Assembly (NCBI GenBank): GCA_963738405.1
Contig: CAVTWJ010000009.1
Span: forward strand, 288,001 to 352,000
From: a candidate division FCPU426 bacterium
GTDB lineage: Bacteria; Oederibacteriota; Muellerivitia; Muellerivitales; Muellerivitaceae
DNA length: 64,000 nt
Reading direction: 5' to 3'
Shown here in pieces: positions 1 through 11,148 of the stretch. Under the pieces are notes generated by a model. That model saw only the letters and a list, made by a program, of their open reading frames with translations. It had not been told where the DNA came from and did no database searches. The translations under genes were made by a program, and so were the position numbers. Every line of letters starts with the position of its first letter. Position 1 is the stretch's first letter.

Positions 1-1000
1 GGAGCCTTGCCGCAAGGCCCTGAAAGACGCCGGGTTGACGGTGGAAGAAATTCACGAGGTGGTGCTGGTGGGCGGCATGACCCGCATGCCCCTGGTCGTC
101 AAGGTCGTGAAGGACTTCTTCAAAAAGCAGCCCCATAAGGGCGTGAACCCGGATGAGGTGGTGGCGGTCGGCGCCGCCATTCAGGGCGGAGTGCTGAAGG
201 GCGAAGTGAAGGATGTTCTTCTGTTAGACGTGTCGCCCCTTTCACTGGGCGTGGAAACCTTAGGGTCCATCATGACAAAAGTGATCGAGCGCAATACCAC
301 CATCCCCGCCAAGAAGAGCCAGGTTTTTTCGACCGCCTCCGACAGCCAAAGCACGGTTTCAATCCATGTGCTCCAAGGCGAGCGGGAAATGGCCGGGGAC
401 AACCGAACCCTGGGCCGATTCGACCTGGTGGGCATTCCGCCCGCGCCGCGCGGCGTTCCCCAGATCGAGGTGACTTTTAACATTGACGCCAACGGCATCC
501 TGCATGTTGCCGCCAAGGACCTGGGTACGGGTAAGGAACAGTCCATCCGCATCACGCCCTCTTCCGGCTTGTCGGAAGACGAGATCAAGAAGATGCAGAA
601 GGACGCCGAACTGCACGCCGAGGAAGACAAGAAAAAGAAAGAAAACATTGAAACCAAGAACCACGCTGACACCCTGGCTTATCAGATCGAGAAGGACTTA
701 AAGGAGCATGGGGATAAGGTGGACGCTTCCATCAAGAAAGACATTGAGGAGAAGCTGGAAGCCCTGAAAAAGGTTCTGCCGGGCGAAGATCAGGAGGCCC
801 TCAAGAAGGCCTCGGAAGAACTGGCCCAGGCTTCCATGAAGCTCGGCGAGGCCATCTACAAGACCGCGCAGGAAAAGGCGGCGAAGGATGGAGCGGCGGG
901 TGCGGCAGGTTCCGGTGACGCGCCAAAATCCGAAAGCGAAAAGGCCAACGATGGGGCAGTGGACGCCGAGTACGAACCGGTCGATAAAGACAAAAAATAA
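1..1000 (+). CDS. dnaK: Chaperone DnaK (Hsp70), C-terminal part; 5' end lies outside the window
   Basis: Motifs [50 protein letters not shown] and the acidic tail DAEYE. Confidence 0.97.
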   Translation, partial: EPCRKALKDAGLTVEEIHEVVLVGGMTRMPLVVKVVKDFFKKQPHKGVNPDEVVAVGAAIQGGVLKGEVKDVLLLDVSPLSLGVETLGSIMTKVIERNTTIPAKKSQVFSTASDSQSTVSIHVLQGEREMAGDNRTLGRFDLVGIPPAPRGVPQIEVTFNIDANGILHVAAKDLGTGKEQSIRITPSSGLSEDEIKKMQKDAELHAEEDKKKKENIETKNHADTLAYQIEKDLKEHGDKVDASIKKDIEEKLEALKKVLPGEDQEALKKASEELAQASMKLGEAIYKTAQEKAAKDGAAGAAGSGDAPKSESEKANDGAVDAEYEPVDKDKK

Positions 1001-1024
1001 GTTAAAAAAAATAAAAAGATCTTT

Positions 1025-1053
1025 AAAAAGGCGGTCGAAAGACCGCCTTTTTT
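1025..1053 (+). terminator. Intrinsic terminator after dnaK
   Basis: AAAAAGGCGGTC-GAAA-GACCGCCTTTTTT perfect hairpin with U-tract. Confidence 0.9.
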
Positions 1054-1109
1054 GTTGTAACCGCACTTTGAGTGAAGAATGAAATGCGGATTCTACTCGC
1101 CTGCGGGGA

Positions 1110-1118
1110 TGCTATAAT
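1110..1118 (+). promoter_or_regulatory. Extended -10 sigma70-type promoter for dxr
   Basis: TGcTATAAT about 40 nt upstream of the dxr ATG. Confidence 0.65.
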
Positions 1119-1158
1119 CCCGGACGTTTTCCTCTCCTTACAAAAGGAACGAAGCTTC

Positions 1159-2307
<1,149 letters not shown>

Positions 2308-2375
2308 TTTCGTTTCTAGGAATTTCCAACCTGACAGTGTTCGTTTCCACCAACAAGGTTCAATAAGGAGCTTTC

Positions 2376-3734
2376 ATGCCGATTGTGTACTGGATTGAGG
2401 CCATCGTGGCCCTGGGGTTCATGATTTTTATCCATGAAGGGGGCCATTTCCTGGCTTGCCGGTTTTTCAAGGTCGATGTGGACGAGTTCGCATTAGGATT
2501 CGGGCCCGTTCTTCTCAAACACAAATGGGGCAGTACCCTCTATACCCTTCGCGCTATCCCCTTAGGCGGGTTCTGCAAACCCCGGGGCGGGGACTTGAGC
2601 GGGGAAACGGCCGAGAAAATGTACGAAAAAACACCCGAGCCGGGCGAATTTCTCTTCGCTTCCTGGTGGAAAAGGGTGGTGATCTTTCTGGCCGGACCGG
2701 CCATGAATTTCTTTTCCGCTGTGGCTTTCTTGTTCATCTTGCTTTTGATGGGCATCAAGACTCCCGTCGAGGAACCGGTGTTGGGCTTCATCCAACCCAA
2801 TAGCTTGGCCTCTCTTTGTGGCTTTCAGAAGGGCGACCGCCTGATCAAGGCCGACGGTAAGGACGTGAAAAACCTCTATACCGACCTGGATCCTGTTTAC
2901 GAAAAATTCTCGAAAGACCCCAAATCAACAGCCGTCATCACGGTGGAACGAGCGGGCAAGACCCTCGACCTCACCTTGAAAAACGACTCCAAGGAAGCCA
3001 GCCCCGAATTTGGATTTTTCAATTTCAGCCCGGCGGTCATCGGATCCGTGGCCCTCATGACCCCCGCCCGCAAGGCGGGCCTGCAAGCCAATGACACCAT
3101 CTTGAGCGTGAACGGCCAAAAGGTTTCGGAATGGAACGAGCTGGCCTATGCCATCCACACCGCCACAGTTGATCCCATCAAACTTGAAATTCAGCGGGGC
3201 GATAAGACCCTGCAATTTTCCATCGTGCGCATCGACAGCGGGATGAGCAAAAACAAGGCGATCGGCATCTCCCCCCTGGACGCCACCCAATATGATGTTA
3301 AGAAAGTGGGGGTGGTGGAGGCTTTCACCGGGGCCTGGGGAAGGGCCTTCGGCTTTTCGGCGATGTACCTGGACCTGCTGGGCAAAATGGCTACGGGGCA
3401 TATTTCCCTCAAGGACAACATCGGCGGTCCCATCTCGATCATGAGGGTCATGTACCAGAAGGCCTCGGAAGGATGGGACGAATTCATCAGCATGGTGGCC
3501 ACCATTTCCCTGATCCTTTGCCTGATGAACCTGCTTCCTTTTTTGGGCGTGGTGGACGGCGGCCAGGTGGTGCTTTGCCTGCTGGAAGGGCTATTCCGCA
3601 AACCCGTCTCGGTCAAGTTCCAGGACATCTACCAAAAAATCGGGTTCGCGCTGGTCTTTACCCTGATTCTTTTCGCGGTGGGGAACGACATTTGGGGCTG
3701 GATTTTAGAGCGGGTTCACAGCCAGGTCCCCTGA
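2376..3734 (+). CDS. rseP: RIP metalloprotease RseP/RasP with two PDZ domains
   Basis: HEGGH zinc motif, AGPAMN, NLLPFLGVVDGG; follows dxr. Confidence 0.93.
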   Translation: MPIVYWIEAIVALGFMIFIHEGGHFLACRFFKVDVDEFALGFGPVLLKHKWGSTLYTLRAIPLGGFCKPRGGDLSGETAEKMYEKTPEPGEFLFASWWKRVVIFLAGPAMNFFSAVAFLFILLLMGIKTPVEEPVLGFIQPNSLASLCGFQKGDRLIKADGKDVKNLYTDLDPVYEKFSKDPKSTAVITVERAGKTLDLTLKNDSKEASPEFGFFNFSPAVIGSVALMTPARKAGLQANDTILSVNGQKVSEWNELAYAIHTATVDPIKLEIQRGDKTLQFSIVRIDSGMSKNKAIGISPLDATQYDVKKVGVVEAFTGAWGRAFGFSAMYLDLLGKMATGHISLKDNIGGPISIMRVMYQKASEGWDEFISMVATISLILCLMNLLPFLGVVDGGQVVLCLLEGLFRKPVSVKFQDIYQKIGFALVFTLILFAVGNDIWGWILERVHSQVP

Positions 3735-3786
3735 CGGTTGCGGTCTTTTCTTAGCCTTACTTACAGATTAAGCGGGAGGCGCACTC

Positions 3787-4959
3787 TTGAAACTTCATGA
3801 ATACCAGGCGAAGGAACTTTTCGCCCAATACGGGCTGCCGGTGACGCCCGGAATTTTGGTCAAGCATCTTTCTGAGGTTGATGAATTTCTCAAAAAATAT
3901 CCCGAGGGGCCCTGGGTGGTGAAGGCGCAAATCCACGCGGGCGGCCGGGGCAAGGCCGGGGGCGTTAAGCTGGCCAAGATCGAGAGCGAGCTTCACCAAA
4001 AAACCAGCGATATTCTTGGCATGACCCTTATTTCCCCCCAGACAGGTCCACAGGGAAAACTCGTGAAGAAGGTCTTTTTGACTCCTGCTGTCGATTATTT
4101 GAAGGAACTTTATGTCAGCGTGGTGTTGGACCGTTCCACCCGCACTCCCGTACTATTGGCTTCCGCTGAGGGCGGAACCGAAATTGAGGAACTGGCCGCT
4201 ACCAAGCCCGAGGCCATTCAAAAGGTACCTATTGATCCTGTCGAGGGTCTGCACGGCTACCAGGCCCGCGAATTGCATCTTTCTCTGGGGCTTCCGAAAG
4301 ACAAGATTAACCAGGGCGCGGCCCTCTTTATGAAACTTTCCCGCATGTTTTTGGAACTCGACCTTTCCCTCGTCGAGGTGAATCCCCTGGTGGTCTTGAA
4401 GAACGGAGAACTGCATTGCTTGGACGCCAAGGTGTCCTTTGAAGACAACGGCTTGGCGAGGCACAAGGAATACGCTTCCTGGCGCGATCCGGACGAGGAA
4501 GACGCCCGCGAACTGGAAGCGGCAGGGCACGGCCTTTCTTATATCTCCCTCGACGGCAATATCGGCTGTCTGGTGAACGGCGCCGGGTTGGCCATGGCCA
4601 CTGCGGACGCCATCCAGCATTTCGGCGGGTCGCCTGCGAACTTTTTGGATGTGGGCGGGGGAGCCACCGCCAAGGCCGTCACAGCGGCCTTTAAGATCAT
4701 CCTCTCCGACGAGCGGGTCAAAGCTATTCTGGTCAACATCTTCGGGGGCATTATGAAATGCGACGTCATCGCCCAGGGCATCCTGGAAGCCGCTAAGGAA
4801 GTGGGTCTCAAACTACCTCTGGTCATCCGCCTGGAAGGAACCAACGTGGAACTGGGAAAAAAACTATTGGCCCAATCCGATCTGAAGTACAAGTTCGCGT
4901 CCAGCATGGATGAGGCCGCCAAGGCCGTGGTGGAATCCGTGAAGGAGGCCCATGTATGA
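3787..4959 (+). CDS. sucC: Succinyl-CoA synthetase beta subunit
   Basis: [45 protein letters not shown] start with GGGAGG RBS. Confidence 0.96.
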   Translation: MKLHEYQAKELFAQYGLPVTPGILVKHLSEVDEFLKKYPEGPWVVKAQIHAGGRGKAGGVKLAKIESELHQKTSDILGMTLISPQTGPQGKLVKKVFLTPAVDYLKELYVSVVLDRSTRTPVLLASAEGGTEIEELAATKPEAIQKVPIDPVEGLHGYQARELHLSLGLPKDKINQGAALFMKLSRMFLELDLSLVEVNPLVVLKNGELHCLDAKVSFEDNGLARHKEYASWRDPDEEDARELEAAGHGLSYISLDGNIGCLVNGAGLAMATADAIQHFGGSPANFLDVGGGATAKAVTAAFKIILSDERVKAILVNIFGGIMKCDVIAQGILEAAKEVGLKLPLVIRLEGTNVELGKKLLAQSDLKYKFASSMDEAAKAVVESVKEAHV

Positions 4960-5870
4960 GCGTATATCTCGATAAAAAAGCCAAGGTCATCTGCCAGGGC
5001 ATCACGGGTTCGGCGGGGTTGTTTCATTCCAAGGCCTGCCGTGAATACGGCACCAAGATGGTGGGGGGCGTTACCCCAGGCAAGGGCGGAAGCGAAGTCG
5101 AGGGTTTTAAGGTGTTCGATACCGTCAAGGAAGCCGTCTCCAAAACCGGCGCCAACACCACCATGATTTTTGTTCCGGCGCTTCTTGCCGCCGACGCCAT
5201 TTTGGAGGCCGCCGCCGCCGGCATTACCCTCATTGTCTGCATCACCGAGGGCATCCCGGCCAATGACATGTCCAAGGTGAACCGCCTCTTGAAGCAATAT
5301 CCGGATGCGCGACTCATCGGTCCCAACTGCCCGGGCATCATCACGCCCGGCGCGGCTAAGGTGGGCATCATGCCGGGATATATCCACAAGCCGGGCAAAA
5401 TCGGCATCGTTTCCCGCTCCGGAACCTTGACCTACGAAGCCGTTTGGCAGGTGACCTCCCTTAAATTGGGCCAATCCACCTGCATCGGCATCGGCGGCGA
5501 CCCCATCGTGGGCACCACCCACCTGGACGCGTTGGAAGCCTTCAACGCCGATAAGGCCACCCAGGCCGTCATCATGATCGGCGAAATCGGCGGCACGGCC
5601 GAGGAGGAAGCGGCCCTCTATGTGAAGAAGCACATGAAAAAACCCGTGGCCGCCTTTATCGCGGGCACCACCGCCCCCCCGGGCAAGCGCATGGGCCACG
5701 CGGGCGCCATCGTTTCCGGCGGCAAGGGAACGGCCAAGGAAAAAATCGCGGCCCTGGAAGCTGCGGGCATCGTGGTAGCTCCTACCCCTGGCGAAATCGG
5801 TCAAGCTTTGGTCGAAGCGCTCCAGGGAAAAAAGCGAAAAAAGGCCTCTTCCAAGAAACATAGCAAGTAA
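4956..5870 (+). CDS. sucD: Succinyl-CoA synthetase alpha subunit
   Basis: [27 protein letters not shown] (phospho-His); ATGA overlap with sucC. Confidence 0.96.
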   Translation: MSVYLDKKAKVICQGITGSAGLFHSKACREYGTKMVGGVTPGKGGSEVEGFKVFDTVKEAVSKTGANTTMIFVPALLAADAILEAAAAGITLIVCITEGIPANDMSKVNRLLKQYPDARLIGPNCPGIITPGAAKVGIMPGYIHKPGKIGIVSRSGTLTYEAVWQVTSLKLGQSTCIGIGGDPIVGTTHLDALEAFNADKATQAVIMIGEIGGTAEEEAALYVKKHMKKPVAAFIAGTTAPPGKRMGHAGAIVSGGKGTAKEKIAALEAAGIVVAPTPGEIGQALVEALQGKKRKKASSKKHSK

Positions 5871-5873
5871 ACC

Positions 5874-8096
5874 ATGCCTTTCAGGCGTTGGTTTGGAGTC
5901 CTTCCATCCGCCTCACGCTTCGGGTTGGAATTACTTTTTGTTTTTCTGCTGGGCGGGACGGGTCAGTTTTTCATGGCCCAAGAGGGCGAGGGGCTTTCCC
6001 TGGCGCTGGGCCTTTGCTTTTACGCCTTAAGTGTTTTCTTTCTTTTTAAAATCTTTCCCATCCCCCAATCAAACCAGTTCCCTCAAGTTGAAACCCTCAG
6101 CCCTCTTCGTGAGGGGCTTTTGTTTTTCCTTGTCTTAGCCTTGGGGATTTTTTTAAGGGCTTCGGGCGCCGGCCAATATCCGGAGGGGGTCTTCGCCGAC
6201 CGGGCCGAGGTGGCCCTGGGGGCCTTGAGGATTCTTCACGACCATTGGCGGCCTTCCGTGGAGGCCCTCAGCCTGCACGTGCCGGAACTTTGTGTTTATT
6301 ACATGGCGGCCGGATGGTTTAAGCTTTTCGGCGAATCGCCGGAACATTTCGCTTATTTTGACGTTTTTCTTTCCACCGCCGGGATCGCCTTAATCTACAT
6401 TGCCTTTCGTCAGTTGACGGGCCCCCTGACAAGCCTGCTGGCCTTTTTTCTTTTGGCGGTGATGCGTTGGAACTTCGCTTTCGCCCACCAAATCTATTTC
6501 CAAACCCAAACGGTCTTCTTCATGTCCCTTACCCTGGCGCCGCTTCTTTACGCATTGCGTAAGCAAAAGCCGGTTTGGGCCGCCCTGGCGGGAATCTTTC
6601 TGGGGGCGGGACTCTATTCCTACCAGGCCTTCAAGGCCGTGCCGTTGCTGATATTGGTCTTGATGCTTTGGGAACTATTTCGGGAAAAGGAAAGGTTTAG
6701 GAAGAACCGGGAGGTGTGGGCGGTTTTATGGGTGGTTTTTCTTTTGGCGGCGGCGCCGCTTTTAAGCTGGGTTTTGCAAAACGGCGAATTGGGCCGGCGG
6801 GAACCGGAAGTCTCTATCCTCGCCAGGATTCATTCTGAAAAGAGTCTCTGGCCTATCGTTGAGAATATTCGTGATATTGCATTGGTATTCAACCACGCGA
6901 TGTTGGATGGGAACAGCCAATCGAATTTCAGGCATCACCGCATCCTGGATGATGTCACCGGTGTGGTTTTCGTTTTTGGATTTTTTTACGCTTTGCGGCG
7001 GATTAAGGAAAAACCTTTTTTTGCCGCTCTCGCGGGCTTAGGGATTATGTGTCTGCCGGGTTTTTTTTCCATTAGCGGTTCCAACCTGGGACGTCTCTTG
7101 GGGGTCACGCCCTTCGTGGCCTATCTTTGCGCCTTGTTCCTGAGCGGCCTGTGGAGGCAGTGGAGAGCCATCCGGCCCTCTTCTTCTTTAAACCGTGCTG
7201 TGGCGGTATTGGGCCTGCTTTTGCTGGCGGCAGCGGGGTATGAAAATTATTGCGAATTTTTTCAGGTCCAGGCTCATCTGCCCGAGTGCATCAATGACTG
7301 TTCCTGGAGCGAATCCCGGGCGGGGCGGTTCATCGCGGGGCTGCCGCCTGGCACCCAAAGTTTTCTTTCCTCCCGTTTTTACGGACATCCTACTGTTCGG
7401 TTTCTGGCCTATCCTAACGAAGAAGGAATGCATCCACTGGATTTGACCCAGCTTCCTCAGCCCGAGGCCTATCCAAAGGGCTCCGCTTTTTGCTTCGTTT
7501 TGGATGAATTCAAACAGGGAACCATTGAATTTTTAACGGCGCTCTACCCTGGAGGAAGCGTTTCGCAGGATCGGGACGCTCTGGGGAATACCCCGCTTTA
7601 TATTTACCAAGTTCCCGCCCAAGCGCTGGCAAAGCTTCCCAAGGGTTTTCCCCGAATGGAGAAGGGACTTTTAGGACTTTACCGGCACGGTCAGGATGAA
7701 AAAGAAATCCCTTTTTTGAAAAGATGGGACCCGATCCTTGATTTTGGCTACAGGGATATACCCATGACGGGCACCCCCCTCTTTATCCATTGGACCGGAA
7801 AATTCAAGGCGAAGGTTGCCGGGCATTACCGCCTTTGGGGGGCTATCTTCGCCGCCACGGACCAGGGGCGGATCGAGGTGGACCAAAAACAAGGCCAAGG
7901 CTTATCGGCCAATCCCTACTGGGAAGGTTACCTGAAACCGGGGTGGCACTTGTTGGATTTTTATTTTCAGGATGGCGGGTCGCCCGTGGCCGCGGCAAGC
8001 CTGCTTTGGGAACCGCCGGGGCGGGGAAAGTTCGACTTTTTGCCCAATGAGGTTTTGGGGCCTATCCCAAGTTCCCCTTCAGCCAGTGCAAAATAA
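5874..8096 (+). CDS. GT-C fold membrane glycosyltransferase (PMT/ArnT-like) with C-terminal PA14-like domain
   Basis: Many TM segments, acidic loop motif GVFADRAE after the N-terminal TMs, GLYSY motif; C-terminal DPILDFG...FIHWTGKF...GWHLLDFYFQDGG...LLWEPPG resembles PA14. Confidence 0.65.
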   Translation: MPFRRWFGVLPSASRFGLELLFVFLLGGTGQFFMAQEGEGLSLALGLCFYALSVFFLFKIFPIPQSNQFPQVETLSPLREGLLFFLVLALGIFLRASGAGQYPEGVFADRAEVALGALRILHDHWRPSVEALSLHVPELCVYYMAAGWFKLFGESPEHFAYFDVFLSTAGIALIYIAFRQLTGPLTSLLAFFLLAVMRWNFAFAHQIYFQTQTVFFMSLTLAPLLYALRKQKPVWAALAGIFLGAGLYSYQAFKAVPLLILVLMLWELFREKERFRKNREVWAVLWVVFLLAAAPLLSWVLQNGELGRREPEVSILARIHSEKSLWPIVENIRDIALVFNHAMLDGNSQSNFRHHRILDDVTGVVFVFGFFYALRRIKEKPFFAALAGLGIMCLPGFFSISGSNLGRLLGVTPFVAYLCALFLSGLWRQWRAIRPSSSLNRAVAVLGLLLLAAAGYENYCEFFQVQAHLPECINDCSWSESRAGRFIAGLPPGTQSFLSSRFYGHPTVRFLAYPNEEGMHPLDLTQLPQPEAYPKGSAFCFVLDEFKQGTIEFLTALYPGGSVSQDRDALGNTPLYIYQVPAQALAKLPKGFPRMEKGLLGLYRHGQDEKEIPFLKRWDPILDFGYRDIPMTGTPLFIHWTGKFKAKVAGHYRLWGAIFAATDQGRIEVDQKQGQGLSANPYWEGYLKPGWHLLDFYFQDGGSPVAAASLLWEPPGRGKFDFLPNEVLGPIPSSPSASAK

Positions 8097-8961
8097 AAAT
8101 ATCGGTCTGGGGACCCCAGATCCGGCTGTCGGTCGAGTTGAAAACCGCGAAGGTGCGAAGGCCGCAAGCGTTCGCCAGGTAGGTCACTCCGCTGTCATTG
8201 CCCAGGTAGGCCGAGCATTGGGTCAAAAGACAGGCCAAGTCCTTAAGGGGCAGGGGATTATCCAAAAGGGCGACGCCTTTCATTCCCTCGAAAGCCTTTT
8301 GAATTTTACTCATCCATTCCATTTCCGCCTCGCCCCAAATGACCAGAACCTGTTTCCCCGATTCCTCCACAGCCCTTTGGGCCGCCTTTTGAAAAAAGGA
8401 AAGGGGGGCGTTTTTCGCGGGGCTGCCACTGCCGGGGTGGATCACCAAGGGAGAGAAAAGCCTAAGAGCCTTTAAAAGTTCCTTTCCCTTTTCCAAGTGA
8501 TGGCTTTGAAAGATAAGTTTGGCTTGCGGGTGAGCTTGCCCTGGGATCAGGGGTTTTTGAAGGACGGTTTCGAGCCAATATTCCCCGGCCCACCTGGCGG
8601 AGGCGAGAAAATCCTCAAAAGATTGGGAGGGGAAAATCAACTGCCCATGGGTGGACTTTGATAACTTTTCAATTAGTTTTTGATCTTTCTCTTTGAAGAA
8701 AAGAAAAATCCGATCGAACGAAGATAAAAATTCCGTGTTATTTTTTGAGAGCGGTTCATCCTTATGCAGCGCTTGAAGCAAAGGGTCCAGGGGAATCGTT
8801 TGGCTGACGCCGAACAAATCCGCGCCGAGTGAAAGATAACTTGAAGTACCAGAGACTGTAACTGGTCCAAAACTTTCCAATTGCCTTAAGGCTGGAAGGG
8901 TCAAGAGGCTGTCGCCGAGGCTTCCGGCGGCGAGGACCAATTGGCGGGGATGGATGGCCAT
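8062..8961 (-). CDS. Glycosyltransferase family 9 (heptosyltransferase-like)
   Basis: GSLGDSLLTLPAL, IHPGSG, YLGNDSGVTYLA, WGP motifs; start placed at ATG 8961. Confidence 0.85.
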   Translation of the reverse strand: MAIHPRQLVLAAGSLGDSLLTLPALRQLESFGPVTVSGTSSYLSLGADLFGVSQTIPLDPLLQALHKDEPLSKNNTEFLSSFDRIFLFFKEKDQKLIEKLSKSTHGQLIFPSQSFEDFLASARWAGEYWLETVLQKPLIPGQAHPQAKLIFQSHHLEKGKELLKALRLFSPLVIHPGSGSPAKNAPLSFFQKAAQRAVEESGKQVLVIWGEAEMEWMSKIQKAFEGMKGVALLDNPLPLKDLACLLTQCSAYLGNDSGVTYLANACGLRTFAVFNSTDSRIWGPQTDIFILHWLKGNLG

Positions 8962-9187
8962 GCTTTGTATTATAAAGTCCTTAGCACAACAAAAAGCTTC
9001 CAAGTCGAGTTTGGAAATCTGGGAAATGAATCAAAAAGCGCTTCCAGGCCGCAAAAAATTGAAAGCGGTTTTTAATTTGGTGGTATCTTTCATTGTGTGG
9101 TATTAGTTTCAGGCCTGTAAACAGTTGAAATTCGACCCAGCAGCTGACTTTAAACACTGCCCCAATGAGCGCGGGAAGAGGATTTTC

Positions 9188-10795
9188 TTGAAATACAATT
9201 TATTCTTAAAGGCCTGTGCCTTTTGTCTTTTTGCCTCCGTTTCTTCCCTGAATCTTTTACAAGCCCAGTCCCTTCAACTTCACACCTCGGGAAATAAAAT
9301 CATCGATAGCAACGGATGCCAAATCCGTTTGAAGGGGGTGAATATCGCCAGCATGGAATATTCCAATACGGGTCAGGGACCCTATGGCCAGACCATTCAA
9401 CAGGCGGTCACTGAGGCTCTCTCGGTTTGGGGGGCAAACGTGATCCGTCTGCCGATGAATCAGGACCGCTGGTTCGGCTGCGAGGGCGCCACCTCGGCTT
9501 CCTACCAGGGAATCATCGATCAGATCGTTGGGATTTGCTCATACTATAACGCTTATGTTCTATTGGATCTTCACTGGTCCGGTATTCAAACGGGTGCCAC
9601 CGCGCCATGCGGGGCGGGCTGGGGAACCGACAGCGAAAGTAACAACGGCGGTCAACATCAGCAGTTCATGCCGGATGACAACAGCGTCACTTTCTGGTCC
9701 TCCATGGCTTCCCATTACGCCAACAACCCGACGGTTCTATTTGATCTTTATAACGAACCTTTCGATTATGCCGGTGATGGAGCCTCAGTCTGGCTCAGCG
9801 GAGGAACCTACACTGATCAGGCCGTCACCGGGTCCTCGCCTCAGACCCTGGTGAGCGTGACCTTTCATACCCCTGGAATGCAGCTGCTGCTAAACACGAT
9901 CCGGACGGCCGGAGCCAATAACGTTGTCGTGGCGGGGGGATTGGACTACGCCTATGACCTAACTTCGGTAGGCGGGACTTTGATGGATATGGCCGGGGGC
10001 CATGGGATTATTTATTCATGCCATGTCTATCCCTGGAAGGGAAGCAATCCCTGGTCGCCTTCCGATGGGGATAGCGCCACTGGTTCCACTGCGGCAAACA
10101 ATCCAGTGATGATTGCCGAGTTCGGGCAAAACTCCAGCGTTTCCAACTACATCCCCAACCCGGATACCAATGGAACTTGGGATCAAACTCTTCTCAAATG
10201 GATTAATGGAAATACCGGCAACGTATTGGGCGACGGCAGTAACCCGACCCATTATCAATATTCCGCGACGGCCTGGGATATGAATACCTCCCCCGCGCTG
10301 GTTACGGATTCCAGTTATGACGCTACCACCTATCACGGGGTGCCCGTGAAAAACTGGTTGGCTACACCTATCATTCCCATTTGCCCCGCGACGTCTACTC
10401 CTACCCCGCTTCCCTGTAATTATCCCGGGCCGACCTGCACCTCCACGGTGACTTTCACCCCTACCGTCACCTTCACGCCGACCGCCACTCCCGGCATCGT
10501 GGATGTGGCCTTTCCCAACCCCTGGCCCAATAAAGACAACCCCAACGCGCCGCTCCAGTTCTACTACAACAACAGTCAACAAGAGGGCCAGGTCTCGCTG
10601 AAAATTTACACCCTGGCTTACCGGAAAGTTTTTGAGGATGACGCTTTGGTTACGGCTCCAGGTGGTTACCCTTATGTCGTGGATTGGACGAAACTCCATG
10701 GGGTCTTAGCCAACGGACTTTACTATTTCGCGATTGAAACAACAAATGGTAAAAAGTCGGACCGAAAGATTATGAAGATTCTGATTCTTCGTTAA
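9188..10795 (+). CDS. Secreted GH5 glycoside hydrolase (cellulase-like) with Pro/Thr linker and C-terminal sorting-like domain
   Basis: Signal-peptide-like N-terminus, LKGVN, NVIRLP, LDLHW, LYNEP (acid/base), HVYPW, IAEFG (nucleophile); start uncertain (TTG 9188 or 9125). Confidence 0.85.
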   Translation: MKYNLFLKACAFCLFASVSSLNLLQAQSLQLHTSGNKIIDSNGCQIRLKGVNIASMEYSNTGQGPYGQTIQQAVTEALSVWGANVIRLPMNQDRWFGCEGATSASYQGIIDQIVGICSYYNAYVLLDLHWSGIQTGATAPCGAGWGTDSESNNGGQHQQFMPDDNSVTFWSSMASHYANNPTVLFDLYNEPFDYAGDGASVWLSGGTYTDQAVTGSSPQTLVSVTFHTPGMQLLLNTIRTAGANNVVVAGGLDYAYDLTSVGGTLMDMAGGHGIIYSCHVYPWKGSNPWSPSDGDSATGSTAANNPVMIAEFGQNSSVSNYIPNPDTNGTWDQTLLKWINGNTGNVLGDGSNPTHYQYSATAWDMNTSPALVTDSSYDATTYHGVPVKNWLATPIIPICPATSTPTPLPCNYPGPTCTSTVTFTPTVTFTPTATPGIVDVAFPNPWPNKDNPNAPLQFYYNNSQQEGQVSLKIYTLAYRKVFEDDALVTAPGGYPYVVDWTKLHGVLANGLYYFAIETTNGKKSDRKIMKILILR

Positions 10796-10876
10796 CGGCG
10801 CGAGCTCCGAAAATTTTCAGAAAAACGGAATGGGCTTAAGTAGTTGGCGCACCAAACAAAAACATAAAAACAATTT

Positions 10877-10938
10877 AGCCACAGATGCACAAGATGCATT
10901 GGATGAAGGCTAAAAACAAATCCCATTTATCTGTGGCT
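10877..10938. repeat. Short palindromic intergenic element
   Basis: Perfect 10-bp inverted ends AGCCACAGAT / ATCTGTGGCT with GATGCA-type 9-nt subrepeats inside. Confidence 0.55.
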
Positions 10939-11066
10939 TAAAAACCCCTTGCGGGGGTTCAGTTTAAAATCCGTCGCAATTTGTAAATAATTTTGGACAA
11001 AGCGCTTTCATGGCGGGTCGATTTCGTGGGATGAGGCGCATTTCCTTGGGTTTTTAACCGCTTTTA

Positions 11067-11082
11067 TGGCATGCTTTCTGCA
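11067..11082 (+). promoter_or_regulatory. Putative sigma54 -24/-12 promoter for the GH gene pair
   Basis: TGGCAT-GCTTT-CTGCA with GG-N10-GC spacing, about 70 nt upstream of ATG 11149. Confidence 0.6.
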
Positions 11083-11148
11083 CGTTTAACCTATCAGACC
11101 TAAAGAGCCGAAACCCATTCGGCTCTTTTCATTTTCGAGGGAACCTTA

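Noticed and set aside
4539..5861. 440-aa minus-strand ORF
   Set aside because: Antisense shadow of sucC and sucD
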